Of a stretch of DNA of 64,000 bases, positions 37,921-47,738 are shown one piece after another; position 1 is the stretch's first letter; each line of letters starts with the position of its first letter. This DNA comes from Candidatus Cloacimonadales bacterium (lineage in GTDB: Bacteria > Cloacimonadota > Cloacimonadia > Cloacimonadales > JAFGVF01): NCBI GenBank assembly GCA_963677495.2, contig CAXXOU010000004.1:832001-896000 (forward strand), given 5' to 3'. The notes below the pieces were generated by a model. The model searched no databases. It was not told the origin of the DNA and was given only the letters and a program-made list of their open reading frames with translations. A program made the translations under genes and the position numbers.

Positions 37921-40900
37921 ATGAGACGACTTCAAGTCATTTTAATCATGTTAGCTGTAGTTGCGACCTGTTTTGCTTCAGCTGATATGAGTGTAAGAAC
38001 AGCAGAAAACAGGGTGAGTGTAACTTATACCAGCTCACTTCAAACAGAAGAGAACAGATCTACTGTCGAAACATTCATACTTCCGGCTACTGAAGCTGAG
38101 ATTCAGATTAACAATATGGTAATTGAAAGAAGAGACGCAAGCGGAAACGTTCTTGAAACTCTTCGTAACGCTGATGAAGATCGCGTTAGAATTACTGACA
38201 GCTTTGTTATGCGTGAAATGTATGGGTTCGAAGTAACAATTGATGAACAAATTGATAACAATGACGGAAGCGTATCCATTATCTCTGAACTGGATTATGA
38301 TCTTGTTGCAAGAAACAATATCACGATTCCTACAGAGATCTCTTCAGCTTTCAGACAAGCTTATGAAGATATCGCTTTAAACTTTAACGATTCATATCTT
38401 AGAAACCTTCCTGATAAGAGACCCGGTATTCTTATGATTGGACGTCCAAGTATTGCTCCTTACATAGCAAGCTTTATCGAATGGAAGAGATCTTTAGGAT
38501 TCAATGTACATTTTGCTGACACTGATGAGTGTGGTGGAAATACACTTGATGATATTGATGCTTATGTAGAAAACTATTACAATGAACATCACCCTGAATA
38601 TCTTATTATTTTCGGTGATACAGTTGGTGATGACTACTATATTCCAACTAACTTCTTCCAGTCTCCTGATGGACTTGAAAATGATGCTGATGATAACTAC
38701 TATACAATGATTACAGGTGACGATAGTATGCCTGAAATGCTTGTAGGTAGAATGTCATTTAACGATGTAGGTCAGCTTCTTACAATGGTTAACAAGACCA
38801 TGATGTATGAAGGTACACCATTCTTAGGAGATCCTAGTTGGTTCTCAAAGGCTCTCATGGTTGCAGGTAACTACGCTGAAGGTGGACTTCAGCCAAGTAC
38901 TCCAACTCTTACATGTGATTTTTTTGCAGAACTCTACGAACAAGATGGTTTTGCTGTAGATAAAGTTTATTATCCACCAAACGAGTTGGCTGCAACAGTT
39001 ATCAGACAGCACATAAATAATGGTAGAAGTTGGATTATTTATCGTGGTTGGGGTGATGCTACAGGTTGGCACTATCCAAGATTCCATAAAGAAGACCTCG
39101 ATGCTTTACAGAATGGACCAAAAATGCCTGTTGTTCTTTCAATCGTATGTAATACAGGTGACTTTGCTAATGCCACTCATGTTGAGTGTTTTGGTGAGTA
39201 TTGGATGCATCTTGGAACTCCAAGTCAACCTAATGGTTGTGTAGCTTTTGTTGGGCCATCAGATCTTCACACAAGAACAGCTCTTAATAACTCATTCTCT
39301 ACTGGTATTGTTGATGCAATAGTACACAAAGGAGTAAGAAGTTTTGGTGCTGCTGTGCTTGGTGGCAAAATTGAAATATATAACAACTTCCCACTCGAAA
39401 GAGCTGATGGTGGATATGTTCCTTTCTATAACCATATTTATGCTATCTTATCAGATCCTTCAATGAATGTTTGGTACGGTGTACCACAAGCTATTGCTGA
39501 CAACTTACCTGATACAATTGATAGAGCTACATCATCACTTGTTATAGATTACCCTGGTTTAGATGGGGCAAGAGTTACAGGTACTAAAGATGGTTTAAAC
39601 TTTACATATACTGAAGTTGTTAATGGTAGAGCAATCCTTCCTGTTGATTCTATGACAGATGGAGACCTTACTGTAACAATCAGTAAAATAAACATGGTTC
39701 CTTTACAGAAGACAATCTCTGTAAGCGAATCTACAGATAACATAGCTGTAACAGCAAACGTATTAGCAAACGGTGAATACCTTATCGCCGGTGAACCAAT
39801 GGAGATTACTTATACACTTAAGAATCTCAGTGCTAACAGTTATGACAACGTTACAGCTACTTTAACAAGTAACAATGCTGAAGTTAATACAATCTCAGCT
39901 GCTGTAAACGTGGGTACTCTTGCTGCTAATGCAGAAGCAACTGCTACATTTACTGTTGAACTTAATGGTGCTATCCTTCCAAGTAATGTTATTGAGATGG
40001 ATTTAGCTATTTCACCTACAAGTACTACTGAAAAGTTCTCATACAGAATTGGTGGACATGCATTATTTGCAAATCCACAGACAGCTTCAGTGGCTATCGG
40101 TGGAGATTCAAACATCACTGTTGATGTTACTAACATCGGTGTTTATGGTGTTGATGGTGATATCGAAGTAAGAAGTCTTTGTGATGCTGCTACAGTCGCA
40201 CAACCTGACATTGATGATATCGAAGTTGCTGTTGGTGCTACAACTCAGGTTTCATTCACTGTTAGTGTAAACTCCGAATGTTTCCCTGGTCGTTCATTAC
40301 CATTTGCTTTCATCACAACTGATGAAAATGGCTATGAAACAACTTCACACTTCAGCGTAACTGCCGGAACAGTTGATAATACTGCTCCTACAGGACCTGA
40401 TGCTTACGGGTACTATGCTTATGACAGTAATGACACAAGCTGGGCACAGGCTCCAACTTATGAGTGGATAGAAATTGACCCTCGTGATGGTGGACAAGGT
40501 ACTGTTTATGAAGTAACTGATGACATGTCTGTAGATATGGACTTACCTTTCACATTCAGATATTATGGAATCGATTATAACAGTATCACAGCTTGCTCAA
40601 ACGGTTGGATTTCATTCGAACAGACATGGATGAGTAACTTTGATAACCTTTATATTCCTTCTCCATTAGGACCATATGCTATGGTTGCTCCATATTGGGA
40701 AGACCTTAAAGGTACTCAGGACGGCTCTGGTGGGTATAATGATATGAGACTAGTTACTTGGCATGATACTGCTAACAACAGATTCATCATCGAATGGAAT
40801 GATGCATATAACAGATTCACTGTTACATCTGCAAATCCATCACTCGAGAAGTTCCAGCTTATCCTTTATCCACAAGCTGATAATGATGGTGAAATGGTTG

Positions 40901-41397
40901 TAATGTACCATACAGTTGATAATCCTGCTACTAACACACTTAGTAACTATTCAACCGTTGGTATTGAGAACCATACACAGACTGTTGGTTTAACTTATTC
41001 ATTTGCTGACAGCTATCCTGCATCTGCAAGTCCGCTTACAGCAGGTTTAGCAGTTAAGTACACAACAAGTGCACCTGATAACTTTGTTGGTAACGATGAT
41101 GAAGTTGCTCCTGAATTAGTGGGAACTACTCTCTTTGCTAACTATCCAAATCCATTTAATCCAACTACAACAATCGGGTTCAACATGGCTCAACCTGGTG
41201 CAGCACGTCTTGACGTTTATAACCAACGTGGTCAGCATGTAACTACTCTTACAAATGGTAGATTCCCTGCAGGCAGACAAACATTTGTTTGGAATGGCCT
41301 AGATAGTGAAGGTAAAGAAGTAGCTAGTGGTATCTACTTATACAAACTTCAAGCAGGTACATATACTAAAACAAGAAAGATGATTCTTATTAAATAA
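37921..41397 (+). CDS. Secreted C25 (gingipain-like) peptidase family protein with Ig-like domains and FlgD-Ig/CTD-like C-terminus
   Basis: WKR..G..V, YL.I.GD, D..Y...GDD..PE..VGR, VC.TGDF, CFGE.W, LSDP; C-terminal NYPNPFNPTT...W.G.D..G..V.SG.Y.Y...KM.L.K. Confidence 0.85.
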   Translation: MRRLQVILIMLAVVATCFASADMSVRTAENRVSVTYTSSLQTEENRSTVETFILPATEAEIQINNMVIERRDASGNVLETLRNADEDRVRITDSFVMREMYGFEVTIDEQIDNNDGSVSIISELDYDLVARNNITIPTEISSAFRQAYEDIALNFNDSYLRNLPDKRPGILMIGRPSIAPYIASFIEWKRSLGFNVHFADTDECGGNTLDDIDAYVENYYNEHHPEYLIIFGDTVGDDYYIPTNFFQSPDGLENDADDNYYTMITGDDSMPEMLVGRMSFNDVGQLLTMVNKTMMYEGTPFLGDPSWFSKALMVAGNYAEGGLQPSTPTLTCDFFAELYEQDGFAVDKVYYPPNELAATVIRQHINNGRSWIIYRGWGDATGWHYPRFHKEDLDALQNGPKMPVVLSIVCNTGDFANATHVECFGEYWMHLGTPSQPNGCVAFVGPSDLHTRTALNNSFSTGIVDAIVHKGVRSFGAAVLGGKIEIYNNFPLERADGGYVPFYNHIYAILSDPSMNVWYGVPQAIADNLPDTIDRATSSLVIDYPGLDGARVTGTKDGLNFTYTEVVNGRAILPVDSMTDGDLTVTISKINMVPLQKTISVSESTDNIAVTANVLANGEYLIAGEPMEITYTLKNLSANSYDNVTATLTSNNAEVNTISAAVNVGTLAANAEATATFTVELNGAILPSNVIEMDLAISPTSTTEKFSYRIGGHALFANPQTASVAIGGDSNITVDVTNIGVYGVDGDIEVRSLCDAATVAQPDIDDIEVAVGATTQVSFTVSVNSECFPGRSLPFAFITTDENGYETTSHFSVTAGTVDNTAPTGPDAYGYYAYDSNDTSWAQAPTYEWIEIDPRDGGQGTVYEVTDDMSVDMDLPFTFRYYGIDYNSITACSNGWISFEQTWMSNFDNLYIPSPLGPYAMVAPYWEDLKGTQDGSGGYNDMRLVTWHDTANNRFIIEWNDAYNRFTVTSANPSLEKFQLILYPQADNDGEMVVMYHTVDNPATNTLSNYSTVGIENHTQTVGLTYSFADSYPASASPLTAGLAVKYTTSAPDNFVGNDDEVAPELVGTTLFANYPNPFNPTTTIGFNMAQPGAARLDVYNQRGQHVTTLTNGRFPAGRQTFVWNGLDSEGKEVASGIYLYKLQAGTYTKTRKMILIK

Positions 41398-41419
41398 AGA
41401 AACTTCAACAATTTCAACT

Positions 41420-41449
41420 AAAAACCGAGAGTATACCTCTCGGTTTTTT
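41420..41449 (+). terminator. Rho-independent terminator (possibly bidirectional)
   Basis: AAAAACCGAGAG-TATAC-CTCTCGGTTTTT. Confidence 0.85.
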
Positions 41450-41503
41450 CTTTATATCTTTAATAATTTATCGGGAACAATTAACTGTTTCTGAGTATAT
41501 ATA

Positions 41504-41585
41504 CCACGCATATACCATGGATAAACCACGGGTAAACGGCGGGAGCCGTGGTTAACCCGTGGTTTATCCGTCGTCAACCCGTTGT
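41504..41585. repeat. 11-bp phased inverted CCACGG/CCGTGG array, second copy
   Basis: Motifs at 41504, 41515, 41526, 41537 | 41546, 41557, 41568, 41579; shares the GGGAGCCGTGG centre with 20251-20335. Confidence 0.85.
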
Positions 41586-41834
41586 CAAGAATCAAGCAAT
41601 CTAGTTTCAAAGAAAAGGGCTTTCTTAAACTCTTAATTAATCGAGTAAAAGTGTAACAAGAGAGCCAGATAAGAGTCCATAGTTTAAGGAAGATTTGGAC
41701 ATTTATGTTTAAAACCTCAAGTGAAACAATCAAAATATTGAAAAAAGGTTGACTTCACAAAAACGAGTTTTCAATATGGCAAGTTGCGCCTTTAAAAAGG
41801 CATAGATAATCATTTGAACTATTAGTGGGGACAG

Positions 41835-44075
41835 ATGAAGAAAGCATATAGAAATGACGCATACGCGAAAGTGACAGGTGAAGCTAAGTATACTGATGAT
41901 ATTAAGATGTATGGTATGCTTAATGCAGTACCGGTTTATACAGATTCAGTACATGCAAAGATTATTAGTATTGATAGCTCTAAAGCTCTTGAACAAGAGG
42001 GAGTTGTTAGGGTTATTACTGCTGAAGATATACCGGGAACTAATTTATTAGGGCAAATCTATAAGGATGCATATCTACTCGCATCAGATAAGATTAGGTT
42101 TCATGGTGATGTAGTTGCAATTGTTGTTGCGAAGACCAGAGAGCAGGCATTGAACGCAGCTCCATTTGTGGATATTGCGTTAGAGCAGTTAACTCCAATT
42201 ATAGATACTGAGAAAGCACTTGAAGATGATACTAACCTTGTACATGAATCAAAGGGTACGAATCTAATCAATAAACATGTGATTCGTAGGGGAGATGTAG
42301 ATAAAGCCTTTAAAGATTGCAACCTCATCTTTGAACGTGAGTTTGAAACAGGTCATGTGGAACATGCTTATCTTGAACCTGAGAATGCTCTTTGCTATAA
42401 ACGTGGAGATGGAGTGATGGAAGTGCGAGGAAGCATGCAACATCCATTCTCTACAAGAAGGTTTGTTGCTCAGACTCTTGGTGTAAAGCTTTCTGAAGTG
42501 GAGGTTGTAAGTGTTCCGATGGGTGGTGGATTTGGCGGTAAAGATGATACTGCAGGATTCGTTTGTGCCAGAACTGCTCTTGCATCTTTACTGTGTAATG
42601 CTCCCGTTAAGATGAATTACACTCGCGAATGGTCTATGAGGGAAAGTTATAAACGACATCCTTACAAGATGAAATATAAGATTGGATTGAAGGATAAGAA
42701 GTTTCATGCAGTTCAATGCAAGATGATTGCTGATGGTGGAGCTTTTACGTCTGTGACACCGTGGGTTACCTGGCGTTCAACTGTTCAATGCTGTGGGGCA
42801 TATCAAGTTCCAAATGTGAAAGCTGATATATATGGAGTACATACTATCAATCCTGCAACCGGTGCTTTCAGAGGTTTTGGCTCACCACAAGTTAACTTTG
42901 CAATTGAACAATTGGTTGAAGAATGTGCAGAGAAGCTTGGAATTACAGAGGTAGAGTTCAGAGAACTGAATATGTTAACCCAAGGTTGCAAGACAATTAC
43001 AGAGCAGAAGATGGATAACCATGTTGTGAATACAAAACTTGCTCTTGATAAAGTTATAAAGGCTTCCGACTACTCAAAGAAACTTCAGAAGTGCTGTTTT
43101 GGAAAAGGTGATAAGCAATACGGGATTGGCTTATCGCTATCATATAGAGGTTGTAGTCTCGGTGCTGAAGGCATGGATTTCTGTTCTGCCATAATCAATG
43201 CACAATTTGATGGAACCATACTACTTGAAACAGGTGTACATGAAAACGGACAGGGTGCTGAGAGTGCTATGATACTAATCTTAGCTGAGCAACTCGGTGT
43301 TGATATGGATAGAATCCGTTATAATCGTGCATCAACATCACATATACCAGATGGAGGAACAACTGTTGCCTCCAGAGGTACACTTATGGGTGGTGGAGCA
43401 GTAGTCAATGCTGTGAAAATACTTAAGAAGATAGTAGCTAAAGCATTGAAAACAGAGCTCAAATGTAATGTTGATGAAGTAGATTTTAGAGATGATAAAG
43501 TGTGGGGTAAAGGTGTTTCATTTAGCTGGGATAAGGTTGTGTCGATGATGCATTTAAAGAGTATCTATCCCTATGCCTTTGGAACATTTGCTGCACCTAA
43601 AGTAGATTGGGATGAAGAGACCGGAAAGGGTAAAGCATATTTTACTTGGGTTTACAGCGCCAATGTTGCAGAAGTGGAAGTGGATAAGAAAACAGGTAAG
43701 ATTAAGCTTCTAAATGCTTATGCGGTACATGATATAGGTAAAGCAATCAATAAACCGTATCTACTTGGGCAGATCTATGGAGGTCTTACTCAGGGAGCAG
43801 GTATGGCAGTTATGGAGGATTTAGGTTTAGAATCAGGTAAGATTACAAACTTGAACTTTCATAAATACAGGATTCCACGTATCACTGATGTACCGGATAT
43901 AGATGCAACTATTATTGAGTGTGAAGATGAAAACACTCCTTCCGGGGCAAAAGGTATAGGAGAACCTGCTTTAGAACTCATTGCTCCGGCTATTGCTAAT
44001 GCTGTGTATCGTGCAACAGGAAAGAGACAATTTAGTTATCCTCTTGAAAAGAGTATGAGGGATAAAGATGAATAA
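41835..44075 (+). CDS. Xanthine dehydrogenase family molybdopterin-binding subunit
   Basis: KVTG.AKYT.D, HAYLEPE, GGGFGGK, AFRGFGSPQ, ENGQG, ASRGT, GAKGIGEP. Confidence 0.9.
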   Translation: MKKAYRNDAYAKVTGEAKYTDDIKMYGMLNAVPVYTDSVHAKIISIDSSKALEQEGVVRVITAEDIPGTNLLGQIYKDAYLLASDKIRFHGDVVAIVVAKTREQALNAAPFVDIALEQLTPIIDTEKALEDDTNLVHESKGTNLINKHVIRRGDVDKAFKDCNLIFEREFETGHVEHAYLEPENALCYKRGDGVMEVRGSMQHPFSTRRFVAQTLGVKLSEVEVVSVPMGGGFGGKDDTAGFVCARTALASLLCNAPVKMNYTREWSMRESYKRHPYKMKYKIGLKDKKFHAVQCKMIADGGAFTSVTPWVTWRSTVQCCGAYQVPNVKADIYGVHTINPATGAFRGFGSPQVNFAIEQLVEECAEKLGITEVEFRELNMLTQGCKTITEQKMDNHVVNTKLALDKVIKASDYSKKLQKCCFGKGDKQYGIGLSLSYRGCSLGAEGMDFCSAIINAQFDGTILLETGVHENGQGAESAMILILAEQLGVDMDRIRYNRASTSHIPDGGTTVASRGTLMGGGAVVNAVKILKKIVAKALKTELKCNVDEVDFRDDKVWGKGVSFSWDKVVSMMHLKSIYPYAFGTFAAPKVDWDEETGKGKAYFTWVYSANVAEVEVDKKTGKIKLLNAYAVHDIGKAINKPYLLGQIYGGLTQGAGMAVMEDLGLESGKITNLNFHKYRIPRITDVPDIDATIIECEDENTPSGAKGIGEPALELIAPAIANAVYRATGKRQFSYPLEKSMRDKDE

Positions 44076-44541
44076 ATCTATAGTGAATGGAAAAGAGATA
44101 GTTATTACTAATGAGTTTCTTGATATGAAACTCTTGGATTATATCAGAGAGGAATTAGATTTAACCGGTGCAAAGAACGGTTGTGATATTGGAGTTTGTG
44201 GTGCTTGTACTATAATAATTGATGATATTGCTGTCCGATCTTGTTTAAATAAGGTTAAGGATATCGTTGGACACGAAGTAATAACTATCGAGGGTTTAAA
44301 GAATCAAGATGGTTCTTTGCATCCGATACAGCAGGCATTTGTTGATTGTGGTGCAATACAGTGCGGTTTCTGTACCCCGGGGATGGTGTTATCTACTTAT
44401 GCCCTTCTGGTTAAGAATCCAAACCCGACAGTTGATGAGATTAAAAAAGCACTTAAAGGCAACTTGTGTAGGTGCACAGGATATAAACAGATAATAGATG
44501 CAGTTTTGCATGCTAGTAAGATTATGAGGAAAGATAAATGA
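44068..44541 (+). CDS. Xanthine dehydrogenase family [2Fe-2S] subunit
   Basis: GC.IGVCGACT, QCGFCTPG, NLCRCTGY. Confidence 0.93.
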   Translation: MNKSIVNGKEIVITNEFLDMKLLDYIREELDLTGAKNGCDIGVCGACTIIIDDIAVRSCLNKVKDIVGHEVITIEGLKNQDGSLHPIQQAFVDCGAIQCGFCTPGMVLSTYALLVKNPNPTVDEIKKALKGNLCRCTGYKQIIDAVLHASKIMRKDK

Positions 44542-45725
44542 TGAAGAATTTAGAAGAGAAGATAGAAAGATTCTTGGCTTTGGACATTGGAGATTATAGT
44601 AATGATTTTCTGCTCACGTGGGAAAAGACAGATAACCAGATAGAAGCTACTCAGCTACTTACCGAGATATTCTCTGAATTACACAAACATAAACGCTCTT
44701 TCAGATCATTTACTGAAGGATTAGCAATATCTATATTCAGAGACAATTCAACAAGGACAAGGTTTAGTTATGCATCTGCAGCTAATGCTTTAGGACTTGC
44801 TGTAAGTGATTTAGATGAGCAAAAATCACAGATCGCTCATGGTGAAACAGTGCGTGAGACGGCCAATATGATATCATTTTTAGCAGAAGCGATTGGAATC
44901 AGGGATGATATGTATCTTGGTGAAGGAAATAAGTATATGCGCGAAGTTTCTGAAGCACTTGATTTAGGATTTAATGAAGAAACTCTACATCAAAGACCTG
45001 CTCTTATAAATCTTCAATGCGATATAGATCATCCAACCCAGTCTATGGCCGACTTGGCTATGTTAAGAGACTATTTTGGTGGAGTAGAGAATCTGAAAGG
45101 TAAGAAGATAGCTATGACCTGGGCTTATTCTCCAAGCTATGGTAAACCTCTTAGTGTACCACAAGGTATTATTGGTCTCATGACTCGGATGGGTATGGAA
45201 GTAACTTTAGCACACCCTGAAGGATATGGCCTCATTCCTGATGTAGTGAAGTTAGCCGGACAGCAAGCATTGGAATCAGGTGGTAGTTTTAAGGTTGTAG
45301 ATAGTATGGAGGAAGCATTCAATGATGCAGATATTGTATATCCTAAATCATGGGCTCCCTATCATGTTATGCAGCAGAGAACAGAGCTTCTAAAGAATGA
45401 GGATCTGGAAGGTTTGAAGGAACTTGAGAAGTCATGTCTTGAGAACAATGCGAAGTACATGGATTGGGAATGTACTGAAGAGAAGATGAAACTGACAAAA
45501 GATGGAAAAGCATTATATATGCACTGTCTTCCTGCTGATATTACAGATGTAAGTTGTGAAAGGGGAGAGGTAGCAAAGTCAGTTTTTGATAGATATAGAA
45601 AAGAGACTTATAAAGAAGCAGGATATAAACCATTTGTTATTGCTGCTATGATTTTCTTAGCAAGGTTTAAGAATCCTAAGCTTAAACTTACAGAAATATT
45701 AGAACGCAACATTGAGAGATACTAA
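44538..45725 (+). CDS. ygeW: Knotted carbamoyltransferase YgeW
   Basis: FRDNSTRTRFS, IGIRDDM, NLQCDIDHPTQ, WAYSPSYGKPLSVPQG, YPKSW, HCLPAD. Confidence 0.92.
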   Translation: MMKNLEEKIERFLALDIGDYSNDFLLTWEKTDNQIEATQLLTEIFSELHKHKRSFRSFTEGLAISIFRDNSTRTRFSYASAANALGLAVSDLDEQKSQIAHGETVRETANMISFLAEAIGIRDDMYLGEGNKYMREVSEALDLGFNEETLHQRPALINLQCDIDHPTQSMADLAMLRDYFGGVENLKGKKIAMTWAYSPSYGKPLSVPQGIIGLMTRMGMEVTLAHPEGYGLIPDVVKLAGQQALESGGSFKVVDSMEEAFNDADIVYPKSWAPYHVMQQRTELLKNEDLEGLKELEKSCLENNAKYMDWECTEEKMKLTKDGKALYMHCLPADITDVSCERGEVAKSVFDRYRKETYKEAGYKPFVIAAMIFLARFKNPKLKLTEILERNIERY

Positions 45726-45734
45726 GGGGGAGTC

Positions 45735-47195
45735 ATGAATAGAACAGAAATACTCAACAACACAATAAAAAGATGCAGAGAAAAGAATATAATCATCCCA
45801 ACCTATAAGCAGATGAGAAACCCTAAGCTTGTTCCTGATGCCATCAAGAATGGACTTAAAGATGTTGGATTATGGGATTTGAATCCCTTGAATTTGTTCC
45901 GCATCACTTGGAAGAATGAGCCAGTGACCAAAGGTGGTGGTTATGGTGATGTAAACTATATCAAATTGCCTTCTGAGCTTACAGGTATTCCTTCTCCAAT
46001 CTATGTACTCATTGGGAAATACTTCCCAACAGGAGCACATAAAGTGGGTGCAACATTTGGTCCATTAGTTGAGAAACTGATTACTGGTAGATTTGATCCT
46101 ACAACACAGAAAGCACTCTGGCCTTCTACTGGTAACTACTGTAGAGGTGGAGCTTACAACTCAGCTTTACTTGATTGCCATGCTATTGCTATTCTACCTG
46201 AAGAGATGAGTCAGGAACGATTCAACTGGCTTAAAGAGATTGGTGCTGAGGTGTTCGCAACACCGGGTTGTGAGAGCAATGTAAAAGAGATTTATGATAA
46301 AGCAAAAGAGTTACTACATGAACGGGGTGATACAATTGTTAACATGAACCAATTCGAGCAGTTTGGTAACCCGATATGGCACTATGCTGTAACCGGCCCT
46401 GCAATGGAAGAAGTTTTCAATAATGAGAAGAAAGACAATGACAGATTTGCAGGTGTATTTCTTACACAAGGATCTGCAGGTACACTCGGAGCAGCTGAGT
46501 ATCTGAAAGAGGTATATCCACATATGAAGCTATCAGTTGGTGAAGCATTACAATGTCCTACACTCTTATATAATGGCTTTGGTGGACATAGAATTGAAGG
46601 TATTGGTGACAAACATGTTCCTTGGGTACACAATATTAAGACTATGGATATGGCAGCAGGCATCGATGATGATTTAGTAATCGCAACAATGCGCTTGTTT
46701 AACGAACCGGAAGGGCAGCAATATCTATTGGAGAAAGGTATCAAGCAAGAGTTAATTAATCAGCTTGAGCTCTTAGGTATCTCTTCTATTGCCAACATTA
46801 TCGGTACAATCAAGATGGCTAAATATTATGAAATGACTGAAGAAGATGCACTGTTTACAGTAGCAACAGATTCAATGGAGATGTATCAATCTCGTATGGA
46901 AGAATATAGTAATAAAGAGGGAATATATACACGAGAAAGAGCAGCAGTTGACTTTGATGGAAGACTGCTGCATCTCGGGATTGATTCCCAGATAGAGTTG
47001 ACATACTACGATAAAAAGAGAATGCATAACCTTAAATACTTCACTTGGGTTGAACAACAAGGTAAGACTGTTGAAGAATTGAATGCCCAGTGGTATGACC
47101 GAGGATATTGGACCGATAAATTCTCGCAAGTAAATGAATGGGATAGACAAATTGAGGAGTTCAACGCTAAAACAGGACTTCTAAAGGAGTTATAG
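45735..47195 (+). CDS. PLP-dependent enzyme, fold type II (cysteine synthase/threonine dehydratase-like), YgeW-associated
   Basis: FPTGAHKVG (PLP Lys), PSTGNYCRGG, GSAGTLG, IEGIG. Confidence 0.8.
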   Translation: MNRTEILNNTIKRCREKNIIIPTYKQMRNPKLVPDAIKNGLKDVGLWDLNPLNLFRITWKNEPVTKGGGYGDVNYIKLPSELTGIPSPIYVLIGKYFPTGAHKVGATFGPLVEKLITGRFDPTTQKALWPSTGNYCRGGAYNSALLDCHAIAILPEEMSQERFNWLKEIGAEVFATPGCESNVKEIYDKAKELLHERGDTIVNMNQFEQFGNPIWHYAVTGPAMEEVFNNEKKDNDRFAGVFLTQGSAGTLGAAEYLKEVYPHMKLSVGEALQCPTLLYNGFGGHRIEGIGDKHVPWVHNIKTMDMAAGIDDDLVIATMRLFNEPEGQQYLLEKGIKQELINQLELLGISSIANIIGTIKMAKYYEMTEEDALFTVATDSMEMYQSRMEEYSNKEGIYTRERAAVDFDGRLLHLGIDSQIELTYYDKKRMHNLKYFTWVEQQGKTVEELNAQWYDRGYWTDKFSQVNEWDRQIEEFNAKTGLLKEL

Positions 47196-47738
47196 ATTAC
47201 TGCTATCATTTTAGCAGGGGGCTACGGACGCAGAATCGGTAGCCCCAAAGCTTTACTTAAAATAGATAAGATTACTTATCTCGAGAAAGCTCTTAATAAC
47301 TGTGCTACCTGTGACAAAGTTGTTATTGTTGTTAATCCAATTGTTAAAGATTATTGTGATACACTCAAAGTTGATTGCAAGCTTGTAGTGAATCATAGTA
47401 GAGAATCCACGATGATTGATAGCATAGTTCTTGGATTGAACGCTTTCAGTGATGAGTACTACATAATCTATCCGGTAGACTTTCCATTTGTTAAAAAAGG
47501 AACAGTGGATCTGTTAATCGAACAGACCACCAATAAGCAAGATGTCGTAAAACCAACGTATTTAGGGATTTCCGGACATCCGATCTTAATATCTGCAAAT
47601 ATCAGAGATAGTATTCTCCAAAACCCAACTTTACCATTATCAAAATATCTTGACCCGAAGAAAACCAGCAGAATAAATTGCAATGATAAAGGTATTCTAA
47701 AGAATGTAAATTATCTTAAAGACATAAGGGGCAAGTAA
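47196..47738 (+). CDS. MocA/YgfJ-like nucleotidyltransferase (molybdenum cofactor cytidylyltransferase-like); start non-canonical
   Basis: Open frame from 47196 reads ITAIILAGG.G.RIG.PKALL...PVDFP...GHP...N; the ORF track start at 47388 misses the LAGG..R..K motif. Confidence 0.8.
   Translation: MTAIILAGGYGRRIGSPKALLKIDKITYLEKALNNCATCDKVVIVVNPIVKDYCDTLKVDCKLVVNHSRESTMIDSIVLGLNAFSDEYYIIYPVDFPFVKKGTVDLLIEQTTNKQDVVKPTYLGISGHPILISANIRDSILQNPTLPLSKYLDPKKTSRINCNDKGILKNVNYLKDIRGK

Noticed and set aside
41618..41676. Possible additional 11-bp ACTCTT/AAGAGT array
   Set aside because: Phasing is suggestive (41618, 41629 | 41649, 41660, 41671) but only two units match well; too degenerate to assert
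41835..44541. Selenocysteine (in-frame TGA) in the Mo-hydroxylase subunits
   Set aside because: Both ORFs are full length without internal stops
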